This document shows, in pieces, positions 17,783 to 26,987 of a stretch of DNA of 35,304 bases. The stretch's first letter is position 1. The number at the start of each line of letters is the position of its first letter. Origin of the DNA: a virus (Duplodnaviria; Caudoviricetes); the IMG/VR virus record IMGVR_UViG_3300002161_000016, positions 1 to 35,304 of that record, one strand, 5' to 3'. The notes below the pieces were generated by a model, which saw nothing but the letters and a program-made list of their open reading frames with translations, did not search any database and was not told the origin of the DNA. The position numbers and the translations under genes are program-made.

Positions 17783-18124
17783 ATGCCGAAGTTTCTTGAT
17801 ACGCTTGGGTATTCGGATATTGCAATCGCAATCTGCGATAGATGCAAGGCCAAAAGACCTCATGCCGTGATGCGACCTGATCCGAACTTCCCGGGGTTAT
17901 CGGTATGTGATCAAGGATGTGCGGATGAGTTTGATCCCTATAGACTTCCGGCAAGGAAGACCGAGCGGATCACAATTAGGTTCCCGCGTCCTGATGTGAG
18001 CGTAGCGGTAGATCCGAACGATATAGTAACGACTGGTTATGGTGGATACGTCATATCTACTGAAGAAAGCCAAGCAACGCCGGAAGACAATGGAAACCTT
18101 GATGGTCTGAGCCAGCAGCCCTGA
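17783..18124 (+). CDS. Hypothetical protein with CxxC...CxxxC zinc-ribbon-like motif
   Basis: AICDRC...PGLSVCDQGCADEFDP...IRFPRPD. ATG at 17783 follows the upstream stop at 17780. Confidence 0.75.
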   Translation: MPKFLDTLGYSDIAIAICDRCKAKRPHAVMRPDPNFPGLSVCDQGCADEFDPYRLPARKTERITIRFPRPDVSVAVDPNDIVTTGYGGYVISTEESQATPEDNGNLDGLSQQP

Positions 18125-18125
18125 T

Positions 18126-20423
18126 ATGCCAAACGTAACGATTACTTCGCTTCCGCAGGCGCTTCCTCTGACCGGGACGGAATCGGTTCCTATCGTTCAG
18201 GGAGGGCAGACTAGGCAGACCACTACCGGAGCGATAGCTAACGCTCCAATCCTCAATCAGACGTTTCTGACGATTGTTAATGAGTCTACGTTACCGAACT
18301 CTCGGTATCTGTCTACCGGAACCGGTTTAGGGCTTACAGACAACGGAGCGCAGTCTTACTACCGTCTGACCCTTAATGCGGCTTCTGGGAGCCTAGAAGT
18401 AGCTTTGACGGGGATCATAGCGAAGGACAGTGCTTCGTCGGTTGTAGCGCGTTCTATCGTGTCTGGGAGTGATGGGGTCTCCATTACTAATGGAAACGGG
18501 GTTTCTGGTAATCCTACGGTAGCCCTGACTGGAACGGTGCTGTCGTTAGCGAGTCTTGCTTCGACCGGAATGTTGTCTATTGGTAGTGGGTCGGTGAATG
18601 CGCGGGTTCTTACTGGGACTGCGAGTGAGATCGATATCACTAATGGGAACGGAACGGGAAATCCTACGTTCAGAATTGCAAACAACGCTGTGTTCCCGGG
18701 TACGGGTGGTGTAAGGGTTCCTGTAGGCACTACTGCTCAGAGGGCTGCCGGTGCGGATGGTTTGATCCGATACAACACCGACCTAAACGCCTTCGAGGTG
18801 TATGAGGACGGATCGTGGTCGAGTCTACCGACCGGGGCGGTGACGCTGATCAATACGGGGACGGGCCTTACTGGAGGCCCGATTACTACGACTGGGACGA
18901 TTTCGATTGATTCGACGGTTGTTACGTTGACCGCATCGCAGGCTCTAACGAACAAAACGATATCCGGATCAAACAACTCTCTATCAAACATTGGTAACGC
19001 AAGCCTCTCGAACAGTGCGATTACTATCAACGGCTCATCGGTCAGTCTTGGCGGCTCTGTAACGGTAACGGCTACAGCGTCAAATGCTTTGACGATTGGA
19101 ACGGGTCTGTCGGGGACAAGTTACAACGGTTCTGCCGCGGTGACGGTAGCGATAGATTCAACGGTAGCAACGCTTACTGGAAGTCAGGCGCTAACGAACA
19201 AGACAATTTCTGGCAGCAACAACACGCTGTCGAACATCGGTAATACAAGCCTGACTAATTCCTCGATCTCGTTTACCTATTCTGGAGGCATCTCAGGATC
19301 TGCCTCTGTAGCCCTTGGTAGTAGTAACGCGCTCTCTCTTTCCAACATCCCGAACTCTTCTCTACAGAACAGCGCGGTGACGGTTGGAACAACTTCTATC
19401 GCGCTAGGAGCGTCGTCTCTTACCCTTGCTGGGCTGACATCAGTCACGGTTACTCAAGCGCCTACAGCGGCTCTACAGCTCGCTACAAAGCAGTATGTAG
19501 ATGACCAAGTAGCTTCTGGGATTGATATTCACACCCCTGTCAGGGTGGAGACTCCTAGTGCCCTGACTGCCACCTATACCCCCGGGGGTACGGCTGTAAC
19601 GGTAACTACGATCTCCGGCGGGAAGACGTTTACGTTTTCTACCTCGCCTAGTTTGTCGGTGAACGATCAGGTTGTGTTTTCGTCTACGGCAAACGGTATT
19701 GTTTCTGGTACTGCGTACTATGTGTTCTCGGTTCCTGCGGGGAATCAAGTAACGCTGTCTCTGTCGTATAGCGGCCCGGAGATCACAACGTTTACGGATG
19801 GAGCGGGGCTGACGATCAATGGTTTAGTCAACGCCGGTGTTGGTGCTACGTTGACTAATTCTGGGGCAAAGGCAGCGATTCAGATTGATGGAGTGACTCT
19901 ATCGGTCAGCAATCGGGTTCTTGTGTACAACCAAGCGAACGCCTTTGAAAATGGCGTTTATACGGTTACTACGGTAGGAACGCCTGATCCCGGCGGTACG
20001 AATTGGGTTTTGACTCGTGCAACGGACGCAGACAGGTATCGGCCTGACAGCACTGTTGGGTTAGGTCAAGGGGATTACTTCTTCGTACAAGAAGGGAATA
20101 CCGGGGCGGGTGAGTCGTATGTTTTGACGACTGCCAATCCTTTGATCATTGGAACGACTAATCTAACGTTTACTCAGTTTTCTGCGTCTCAGGTTTATTC
20201 GGCGGGGACTGGTTTAACTCTTAGTGGCACTCAGTTCAGTCTTACTACGCCTGTGGCTGTAGCGAACGGTGGAACTGGGTTAAGTAGTTATGTCGCGGGT
20301 GATCTTATAACCGCCACAGGCGCTACGACACTGAGTAAGCTTGCGTTAGGAACACAAGGGTATGTATTGACAGCCGGAGCAACAGGGCCGACTTGGAGCG
20401 GCATCTCTGGCGGGACTTTCTAA
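18126..20423 (+). CDS. Tail fibre-like structural protein 1
   Basis: 765 aa, G/T/S-rich, with VPVGTTAQR...GLIRYNTD..FEVY, ATKQYVD, NRVLV.NQ...ENGVY.V...WVLTRATDAD, PVAVANGGTG. Ends GISGGTF. Confidence 0.8.
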   Translation: MPNVTITSLPQALPLTGTESVPIVQGGQTRQTTTGAIANAPILNQTFLTIVNESTLPNSRYLSTGTGLGLTDNGAQSYYRLTLNAASGSLEVALTGIIAKDSASSVVARSIVSGSDGVSITNGNGVSGNPTVALTGTVLSLASLASTGMLSIGSGSVNARVLTGTASEIDITNGNGTGNPTFRIANNAVFPGTGGVRVPVGTTAQRAAGADGLIRYNTDLNAFEVYEDGSWSSLPTGAVTLINTGTGLTGGPITTTGTISIDSTVVTLTASQALTNKTISGSNNSLSNIGNASLSNSAITINGSSVSLGGSVTVTATASNALTIGTGLSGTSYNGSAAVTVAIDSTVATLTGSQALTNKTISGSNNTLSNIGNTSLTNSSISFTYSGGISGSASVALGSSNALSLSNIPNSSLQNSAVTVGTTSIALGASSLTLAGLTSVTVTQAPTAALQLATKQYVDDQVASGIDIHTPVRVETPSALTATYTPGGTAVTVTTISGGKTFTFSTSPSLSVNDQVVFSSTANGIVSGTAYYVFSVPAGNQVTLSLSYSGPEITTFTDGAGLTINGLVNAGVGATLTNSGAKAAIQIDGVTLSVSNRVLVYNQANAFENGVYTVTTVGTPDPGGTNWVLTRATDADRYRPDSTVGLGQGDYFFVQEGNTGAGESYVLTTANPLIIGTTNLTFTQFSASQVYSAGTGLTLSGTQFSLTTPVAVANGGTGLSSYVAGDLITATGATTLSKLALGTQGYVLTAGATGPTWSGISGGTF
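18906..19266 (+). repeat. In-frame direct repeat in fibre 1 (two ~38-aa copies 246 nt apart)
   Basis: IDSTVVTLTASQALTNKTISGSNNSLSNIGNASLSNS (from 18906) versus IDSTVATLTGSQALTNKTISGSNNTLSNIGNTSLTNS (from 19152). Confidence 0.9.
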
Positions 20424-20432
20424 GGAACAATC

Positions 20433-21161
20433 ATGGTAGCTAACGTAGCTATAGCTTACTTAGTAACCAACAAGGTTACGAATAAGTCATACGTTGGTAT
20501 TACCACGCGGGCACTGCAAAGAAGGTGGTATGAACATCGGTTTGTTAAAAACAGCAGTGCTAGGTTGCTAGCCAAGTCAATTCAAAAGCATGGAGAAGAA
20601 GCTTTTGAAATCAAACAGATTGCATCGTCAATAACCGGGGTTGACGGGCTTAAAGCTATGGAAGTAGTTCTTATCAATCAATACAACACCTTTGTGCCAA
20701 ATGGGTACAATTTGACTAAAGGTGGAGATGGAGTGTTTGGGTTCAAGCATTCCAAGGAAAGTTGCGAGCGGCAATCTGTAAGCAGAAAAAACAAAAAGCA
20801 TTCTGAAGAGACCAAACAAAAAATGTCTGAGGTTCGGTTAGGCGAAAAAAATCATTTTTTTGGCAGATCGCACTCAGACGAAACAAAAGCAAAGATTGCG
20901 CTTGCAAATAAGAACAAGCCCAGCCCGTGGAGAGGAAAGAAAAGAGATGAAGAAACGGGGAGGAAAATTTCGTTGGCTCGCAAAGGCAAGCCCGGGCATA
21001 AGCACACAGAAGAATCTCGCCGTAAAATATCGTTAGCTCAGGCCGGTCAAAAAAGAAGTCCCTTGAGTGAAGAAACGCGGCAAAAGATATCTGAATCTAT
21101 TAGGGCGTCTTGGGTCATAAGGCGTCAACAGTCTGAAAAAGGGGTTCACCATGGCCGCTAG
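20433..21161 (+). CDS. GIY-YIG homing endonuclease with multiple NUMOD3 repeats
   Basis: AYLVTNKVTNKSYVGIT..LQRRW.EH...ME...GYNLTKGG, then about 6 HSEETKQKMS-like repeats. A-rich island. Confidence 0.9.
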   Translation: MVANVAIAYLVTNKVTNKSYVGITTRALQRRWYEHRFVKNSSARLLAKSIQKHGEEAFEIKQIASSITGVDGLKAMEVVLINQYNTFVPNGYNLTKGGDGVFGFKHSKESCERQSVSRKNKKHSEETKQKMSEVRLGEKNHFFGRSHSDETKAKIALANKNKPSPWRGKKRDEETGRKISLARKGKPGHKHTEESRRKISLAQAGQKRSPLSEETRQKISESIRASWVIRRQQSEKGVHHGR

Positions 21162-24100
21162 TGGCTACACGCCTATCTCCATCTACCATTCGACGACCGC
21201 ATCAGCGGCTCCTACTGCTGGCAATCTAGTCAATGGTGAGCTTGCCATCAACATCCTTGACGGGAAACTGTACTACAAGGACAGCGGCGGGACGGTTCAG
21301 GTTATCGCCACGAAGGGAACTGGAACGATTGGTGGCTCAACTACTCAAGTCCAGTACAACAACGCTGGTGCGCTTGCTGGTTCTGCGAACTTCACCTTTG
21401 ACGGTACGACCGCAACGATCAATACGTTGAACCTGACGAATGCGTTAGGTGCTGCTTACGGTGGAACGGCGCAGAGCACTTATGCTCAGGGTGACCTTCT
21501 GTATGCGTCGGCGGCTAATACGCTTGCCAAGCTCCCGATTGGAATTAGCACTTATATTCTGACTTCAAACGGCACGATCCCCGTGTGGGCTATTCCGTCG
21601 TCAGTAGTAATTGGCACTGCGACTAATCTTGCGGGTGGCGCAGCAGGATCGGTGCCGTATCAATCCGGCGCAAGCACTACGACCTTTCTGTCGATTGGAA
21701 CGGCGAATCAGGTTATTACTTCGACAGGGACTGCCCCGCAGTGGTCTAGTTCACTGACGTTGACTGGGTTGTCAAACAGCGGTCTAACTACTCTTGACAA
21801 GACCGTCACCGTTGGGAATACAAGTTTTAACGGCGCGGCTGTTTTTGCGCCAAGCACGCCTGCAAAGGTTTACTTAGGAACGGGTACGGTAACTGATGTT
21901 ACCTCTGCGATTGCTGCAACTAATGCTGCGGGGGCGATTGTTGCGCTAGGGATTACGCCGATTGCGGCGACTAATGCCAACGTTACTTACACTAACGCAT
22001 CGACTCTGTATATCGCAGGCGCACCGAGTGCCGGTACGAACATCACGATCACCAACCCCTACGCTCTGTATGTAGCTGCTGGGGATGCGTACTTTGGTGC
22101 ATCTGTAAGTGCCACGAGTCTGAAGTCTTCTATTGCTGGCACTAACGCTGCTCCTGTTTTCTCTTACACCTCTGACACTAACACCGGCATCTTTTTCCCC
22201 GCAGCAGACAAGTTAGGGTTTGTCGCTGGCGGCGGGTCAGATCAGATGGTGCTGACCACCACAGGTCTGGGTATTGGGACGAGTTCGCCGGGGGCAAGGT
22301 TACAGGTTACAAGCGCCGTTTCTGGCTCCTACGGTGCAATTATTTACAACACCCACGCAACAGGACAGGGATTAACCGTTCGTGGAGGCTCTACATCAAG
22401 CCAAGATGCTTTTAACGTGCAGACGTATGATGGCGGCACTTCACTGCTGAGTGTTCAGGCAGGCGGCAACGTGGGTATTGGGACGAGTTCGCCTGCGGTA
22501 AAACTGGATGTCACAGGGGCAGGGCAATTTAACTCTTCGGGTGAAGCCTTAACAGTTGGCTCATCTGCTCTTGCGGCAAACACCGCACAGTATTTTAGAA
22601 ACACAAGCGGATACGGTGTTTTAGCTCTTACTAGTGCGTCAGACCAATACCTGACAGGGGTAGTCGCTGGCGATTTTGTTATTGCGTCAAACGCAAAGTC
22701 TTTACGATTTGGCAATGCTGGTACAGGAGTATTACAAGCCACCCTCGACTCCTCCGGCAACCTCGGCTTAGGGGTGACGCCGAGTGCTTGGCCGGGTCAA
22801 TCGGCTGGGTATTATGTATCTCAATTTGGAAATGCTGCTTTTTACGGATTAAGTACAAACGAAGCCCGTATGGCTGCTAATGCGTTTGTGGATGCTATAG
22901 GAACTAACCGTTATATTTCTAGTGGTTACGCTACTCGGCATGATCAGAAAGACGGTGTTTATATATGGCGAACCGCCCCCTCCGGCACAGCAAACTCCAC
23001 CACGATTGTTATTAATAACGAATACACCATCGTAACTGCCGGTGGAAACTTTACTGCCTTTGGTGCTGCTAATAACAACGTAGGTACGGTATTTACCGCT
23101 ACTTCATCTGGCACGGCAACGGGCGGTGCAGCCACGCAGACGATTGTTTTCACCCAAGCCATGACGCTGGATGCGAGTGGGAATTTGGGGGTGGGGAATA
23201 CAAGCCCCACCTCATACAACAGCGCAGCTGACAATTTGGTCATTGGGTCTTCTGGCTCAAACGGTATGACAATTGTGTCTGGCACAACCGGTGCTGGCTA
23301 CATCATGTTTGCCGATGGAACTGTTGGGCAACAAGCATACGAAGGCCAGATTACATATGATCACGCCAGCAATTTTATGGCGTTTAATACAAGTGGCGGC
23401 GAACGCGCCCGGATAACGTCGGGTGGGTATTTCAAGGCGAGTGATAACGGGACGTATAACAACGCCGCAGGTTTATATCATGAGCTATATCAATCAACTG
23501 TTGAAACCGCAACTGTTATTTCGGCAGTTAATGCCAGCTTTGCTAACAACATACTTCAGTTAAACGCCGCAAGAAATACGACTAATAATAGCTTCTACGC
23601 ATTGTCGTACTACAACAGTGGCGCTGGTGCCTACAAGTTGCGTGTAGCCGATTCTGGCGCTATTGGTACTGCTGGCAGCATTACATTAGGCTCTATAACA
23701 CCAGCAACATCAGGCATCGGCGTTCAGTTCCCCGCCACCCAATCCGCATCCTCTGACGCCAACACGCTGGATGACTATGAGGAAGGAACATTCGATCCTG
23801 AAGTTACGTTTGGCGGTGGATCAACGAGTTTAACGTATACAACTAAAACGGGCTTTTACCGGAAGATTGGCAGTCTGGTGTTTTTCAGTTTTCGAATCGT
23901 TCTGTCTGCAAAAGGAAGTTCGACTGGATTGGCAAAAATAAGTATTCCGTTTCCTGCTGCAAACATTGGAAGGCCCGGCGGCGCGAACCTAATGTATGGA
24001 GTTGATTTTACTACCGTCACAGCCGCTGAGACAACAATAGACACGGATCAAAACGCTTCAATCGCATCTCTTTACACCATCACGGCTGGTGCTGCTCTTA

Positions 24101-24162
24101 CCGATGCAAACTTTCAAAACACCACAGACTTCATCGCTGCGTTTTGCTACATCTCGGCCTAA
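21151..24162 (+). CDS. Tail fibre / receptor-binding protein 2
   Basis: 1003 aa. N-terminal PTAGNLVNGELAINILDGKLYYKD attachment-type domain, repeated G(N/L)(V/L)GIGTSSP beta modules, C-terminal DANTLDDYEEGTF...YRKIGSLVF tip domain. Confidence 0.88.
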   Translation: MAASGYTPISIYHSTTASAAPTAGNLVNGELAINILDGKLYYKDSGGTVQVIATKGTGTIGGSTTQVQYNNAGALAGSANFTFDGTTATINTLNLTNALGAAYGGTAQSTYAQGDLLYASAANTLAKLPIGISTYILTSNGTIPVWAIPSSVVIGTATNLAGGAAGSVPYQSGASTTTFLSIGTANQVITSTGTAPQWSSSLTLTGLSNSGLTTLDKTVTVGNTSFNGAAVFAPSTPAKVYLGTGTVTDVTSAIAATNAAGAIVALGITPIAATNANVTYTNASTLYIAGAPSAGTNITITNPYALYVAAGDAYFGASVSATSLKSSIAGTNAAPVFSYTSDTNTGIFFPAADKLGFVAGGGSDQMVLTTTGLGIGTSSPGARLQVTSAVSGSYGAIIYNTHATGQGLTVRGGSTSSQDAFNVQTYDGGTSLLSVQAGGNVGIGTSSPAVKLDVTGAGQFNSSGEALTVGSSALAANTAQYFRNTSGYGVLALTSASDQYLTGVVAGDFVIASNAKSLRFGNAGTGVLQATLDSSGNLGLGVTPSAWPGQSAGYYVSQFGNAAFYGLSTNEARMAANAFVDAIGTNRYISSGYATRHDQKDGVYIWRTAPSGTANSTTIVINNEYTIVTAGGNFTAFGAANNNVGTVFTATSSGTATGGAATQTIVFTQAMTLDASGNLGVGNTSPTSYNSAADNLVIGSSGSNGMTIVSGTTGAGYIMFADGTVGQQAYEGQITYDHASNFMAFNTSGGERARITSGGYFKASDNGTYNNAAGLYHELYQSTVETATVISAVNASFANNILQLNAARNTTNNSFYALSYYNSGAGAYKLRVADSGAIGTAGSITLGSITPATSGIGVQFPATQSASSDANTLDDYEEGTFDPEVTFGGGSTSLTYTTKTGFYRKIGSLVFFSFRIVLSAKGSSTGLAKISIPFPAANIGRPGGANLMYGVDFTTVTAAETTIDTDQNASIASLYTITAGAALTDANFQNTTDFIAAFCYISA
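22268..22493 (+). repeat. Exact 22-bp direct repeat at fibre module junctions
   Basis: TGGGTATTGGGACGAGTTCGCC at 22268-22289 and 22472-22493 (204 nt apart, in frame, encoding GIGTSSP). Confidence 0.9.
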
Positions 24163-24173
24163 AGGAATAAATC

Positions 24174-24431
24174 ATGGCACTGACCAAAGAAGCTGTAATT
24201 GACCAAATTACCGTTACCGAGAACGGAACCGTGTTGTACCGTGAGGCGACACGGATTCTGGAAGATGGGACGGAGATTAGTAAAAAGTACCACCGCTGGT
24301 CACGCTACCCCGGACAAGACCTGTCTAACGTCCCAGCAAACGTAGTTGCAATCTGCAATGTAGTCTGGACGCCTGAAGTAATTTCGGCATATCAAGCCAA
24401 AATAGCGGCCTCTGGCCTACAAGGAGCATAA
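24174..24431 (+). CDS. Small fibre-associated protein (possible fibre assembly factor)
   Basis: 85 aa, AAGGA RBS, directly after the fibre gene (DQITVTENG...YHR...VVAICNVVWTPEVI). Confidence 0.65.
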   Translation: MALTKEAVIDQITVTENGTVLYREATRILEDGTEISKKYHRWSRYPGQDLSNVPANVVAICNVVWTPEVISAYQAKIAASGLQGA

Positions 24432-24433
24432 AC

Positions 24434-24751
24434 ATGACCCCCGTTTGGACAATCGAGTGGTGTGAGACCACCCCGGATAACGCCGACCCTGCCAAAGCCG
24501 TTCTTCAAGTCGGCTGGCGCTGCTCTGGCACCGAAGACACCTACTCCGGTACGGTCTACTCGACCTGTACGCTGCCTGCTGCTGACCCCGCGTCTTTTGT
24601 CCCCTACGCCGACCTGACCCAAGACCAAGTGCTTGGTTGGATCTGGGCCAATGGTGTGAATCAGGCGGCAACCGAGGCGGCAGTCGCGCAGCAGATTGAA
24701 AGCCAGAAGAACCCGCCAGTCATTCAGCCACCGCTTCCTTGGCTGTCGTAA
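24434..24751 (+). CDS. Small fibre-associated protein (possible fibre assembly factor)
   Basis: 105 aa, AAGGAG RBS, FVPYADLTQDQVLGWIW...PPLPW C-terminus. Confidence 0.65.
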   Translation: MTPVWTIEWCETTPDNADPAKAVLQVGWRCSGTEDTYSGTVYSTCTLPAADPASFVPYADLTQDQVLGWIWANGVNQAATEAAVAQQIESQKNPPVIQPPLPWLS

Positions 24752-24754
24752 ATT

Positions 24755-25261
24755 GTGCTTGACCCAGTTACCCTGCTGGCTACTGCTACGGCGGTATTTA
24801 ACGGCCTCAAAAAGGCTGTAGAACTCGGTCGAGAGGCAGAAGATGTCTTCGGCCAGTTGGGTAAGTGGGCATCTGCCGTCAGTGATCTACAGGAGTGGAT
24901 GAGCGGGGCGCAAGCCAAGCCACCTCTCTTTGGTCGGATCGTATTTGCCAAATCCGCCACCGCCGAAGCGTTTGATGAGTATGCGGCGCAGGTGAAGATC
25001 CGAGAGATGGAGAAGACTCTCTACAACTGGTTTCATTATGGGCCATTGCAGCATCTAGGTAGAGATGGGTACATCGAGTTCACCCATATGCGGCGGCGCA
25101 TCAAAGAGCAGCGGGAGAAGATGATTTACGAACAGATTAGACGCAGGAAGAGGTTCATCAAGAACACTTCGGATGCTATCTTTATCTCTGTCGTAGTGGG
25201 CATGGGATCAATCATCATGTTCCACATCGTTAAGTTCATGGTAGATCGGTGGCCGGAATGA
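24755..25261 (+). CDS. Hypothetical membrane-anchored protein in the lysis region
   Basis: 168 aa, GTG start. Amphipathic N-terminus, basic coiled coil, C-terminal TM segment (AIFISVVVGMGSIIMFHIV). Confidence 0.75.
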   Translation: MLDPVTLLATATAVFNGLKKAVELGREAEDVFGQLGKWASAVSDLQEWMSGAQAKPPLFGRIVFAKSATAEAFDEYAAQVKIREMEKTLYNWFHYGPLQHLGRDGYIEFTHMRRRIKEQREKMIYEQIRRRKRFIKNTSDAIFISVVVGMGSIIMFHIVKFMVDRWPE

Positions 25262-25701
25262 TTGACATCCACAAAGCAATCGGTGCGGTGGCGGCGAGTA
25301 TTGCTGCGCTGGGTGGTGGCTATACGCTGTTTGACAAGTTTGGCTGGATGGATAGAGCCATCATCGAGTGGGCACCGGAGCACTTCAAAGTTGAAGCTAC
25401 AACCGAGGCAATTTCGGTAACGGTAGCCCGAATCAAGAAGCGGGATGACTGCTCGGTCGAGTCTTTTGTCCCAGCGGTTAGAGATGGCAAAGGCGTAGTT
25501 TTAGAAGCGGTGTCATCAAACCCCAAGTTCTCTGGGCCTGCTGGCCCGGACATTGATACCTTTACCTATTACCTGACGCTGAAAGAAACACCTGCGCCGG
25601 GGAAGGCTACTTTGCTGGCAACGATCAAGTACAAGTGCCCAGAAGGGGAGAAGGTGGTGACTTACCCACGGCACAAAAACCTGACGTTTAATCTGCAATG
25701 A
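25258..25701 (+). CDS. Hypothetical protein with N-terminal hydrophobic anchor and a two-Cys beta domain
   Basis: ATG 25258 overlaps the upstream stop (ATGA). AIGAVAASIAALGGGYTLF anchor, with Cys in DDCSV and YKCPE. Confidence 0.72.
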   Translation: MIDIHKAIGAVAASIAALGGGYTLFDKFGWMDRAIIEWAPEHFKVEATTEAISVTVARIKKRDDCSVESFVPAVRDGKGVVLEAVSSNPKFSGPAGPDIDTFTYYLTLKETPAPGKATLLATIKYKCPEGEKVVTYPRHKNLTFNLQ

Positions 25702-25772
25702 AGTACATCTTCGGCATCATCGTTCTGTTGATTGCCGTTGTAATGTTGGCCCTTTCGGAGATCGCTAGATGA
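25698..25772 (+). CDS. 24-aa single-TM microprotein (not in ORF track)
   Basis: MKYIFGIIVLLIAVVMLALSEIAR. ATGA overlaps with both neighbours, exactly bridging 25701 and the holin start 25769. Confidence 0.7.
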   Translation: MKYIFGIIVLLIAVVMLALSEIAR

Positions 25773-26275
25773 TTACGTTATTCACAACCCTGCTGTCCTT
25801 TCTCGCTGGGGGCTTGCCCAAGCTCCTCGACTTCTTCCAAGACAAGTCTGACAAGAAGCACGAGATTGCACTGGCTCAGATGCAGATCGAGCGGGAACTG
25901 GAACTCAGGAAGGCCGGGTTTGAGGCGCAGGCTAGGGTCGAGGAAATTAGGACGGATCAGCTTACGATCAACGCAGAAGTCTCGACTCAGCAGATCGCTC
26001 TACAAGAGAAGCAAGCTCTGTACGCTCACGACATTGCTATCGGGGAAGGCGCATCGAGGTGGGTCATCAATGCAAGAGCCTTAGTTCGTCCCGTCATCAC
26101 TTACGGGATGTTTGCGCTGCTCTGTTTCATCAACATCTTCGGTGCGACGTATGCGTGGCACCTTGGAACCCCGTTTGCTGAGGTGATTGCTAACCTGTGG
26201 GATGCTGATACTCAGATCATCTGGGCGTCGATCATCAGTTTCTGGTTCGGGTCACAGGCGTTCGCTAAAAAGTGA
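25769..26275 (+). CDS. Holin (3-TM, GTA-holin-like)
   Basis: Hydrophobic N-terminus, coiled coil, RALVRPVITY followed by two TM segments, IISFWFGSQAFAKK. Directly upstream of the lysozyme. Confidence 0.75.
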   Translation: MITLFTTLLSFLAGGLPKLLDFFQDKSDKKHEIALAQMQIERELELRKAGFEAQARVEEIRTDQLTINAEVSTQQIALQEKQALYAHDIAIGEGASRWVINARALVRPVITYGMFALLCFINIFGATYAWHLGTPFAEVIANLWDADTQIIWASIISFWFGSQAFAKK

Positions 26276-26745
26276 ACGATCTACTAAAGATGCTCCGGCA
26301 TCATGAAGGAGTCAGGCATGAGCCTTACCGTTGCCCTGCTCGTCTGTGGACTGTCGGTGTTGGTCACGTCATCGATCCTCGCCACATTAGCGTACCGTTT
26401 GATGGAAGACTTGGCCTCGCCATTCCTGCCGGTTGGGATCGGAGGCTGACGGATGAAGAGGTGGACAGCATTCTCCAGCAGGATCTGGCGCGGTTTCTGG
26501 CGGGGGTACGCCGACTATGTACTGTGGATGATCTTAGCAATCGCCATCTGGCACTCACTTCGTTCGCTTTCAATGTTGGACTAGGGAACCTTCAGGCGTC
26601 TACCCTTCGGGCCAAACATAACCGGGGCGATTTTGAGGGGGCGGCTGAGGAGTTCTTGAAGTGGAACCTGTCGGCGGGGAAGGTGCTTCCGGGGTTAGTA
26701 ACAAGAAGAAAAGATGAAAAAGCCATGTATATGGCAAAATCATAG
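26272..26745 (+). CDS. Endolysin, GH24 phage lysozyme
   Basis: E12-x8-C21-x5-T27 catalytic triad (HHEGVRHEPYRCPARLWTVGVGH), ALTSFAFNVG.GNL..STL, GLVTRRKDE. No SAR helix. Confidence 0.93.
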   Translation: MNDLLKMLRHHEGVRHEPYRCPARLWTVGVGHVIDPRHISVPFDGRLGLAIPAGWDRRLTDEEVDSILQQDLARFLAGVRRLCTVDDLSNRHLALTSFAFNVGLGNLQASTLRAKHNRGDFEGAAEEFLKWNLSAGKVLPGLVTRRKDEKAMYMAKS

Positions 26746-26775
26746 CGGGGGTCTTCCCCGATAACGGAGAGTCAA

Positions 26776-26922
26776 ATGGAAACGATCAATGTACCTGTAA
26801 GTCTTATCAATGCCATCCTTCAGTATCTTGGGAGTCGGCCCTATGTTGAGGTAGCTAATCTCATCGCAGGCGTTCAGCAGGCAGCGGCCCCCGAAGCCGA
26901 GAAGGTTGGCGGAACGGAGTAA
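26776..26922 (+). CDS. Hypothetical 48-aa protein (not in ORF track)
   Basis: METINVPVSLINAILQYLGSRPYVEVANLIAGVQQAAAPEAEKVGGTE, with a GGAGAG RBS before ATG 26776. Confidence 0.75.
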   Translation: METINVPVSLINAILQYLGSRPYVEVANLIAGVQQAAAPEAEKVGGTE

Positions 26923-26924
26923 TC

Positions 26925-26987
26925 ATGGAACTGTGGGTTCATAAAGCTATGAAGAAGGTCAAACCAAAGACTTCGTGGAGTTTTTGA
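26925..26987 (+). CDS. Possible 20-aa cationic peptide
   Basis: MELWVHKAMKKVKPKTSWSF. GGAG-taatc-ATG start, and the stop overlaps the next ATG (TGATG). Confidence 0.35.
   Translation: MELWVHKAMKKVKPKTSWSF

Noticed and set aside
17145-21161. Group I introns housing the GIY-YIG genes
   Set aside because: Both endonuclease ORFs abut or overlap intact flanking genes, leaving no room for a ribozyme core, and no interrupted gene is evident.
26746-26760. Hairpin after the lysozyme as an intrinsic terminator
   Set aside because: The stem is short and has no U-tract, and it is followed directly by an RBS. At most a stabilising or pause hairpin.
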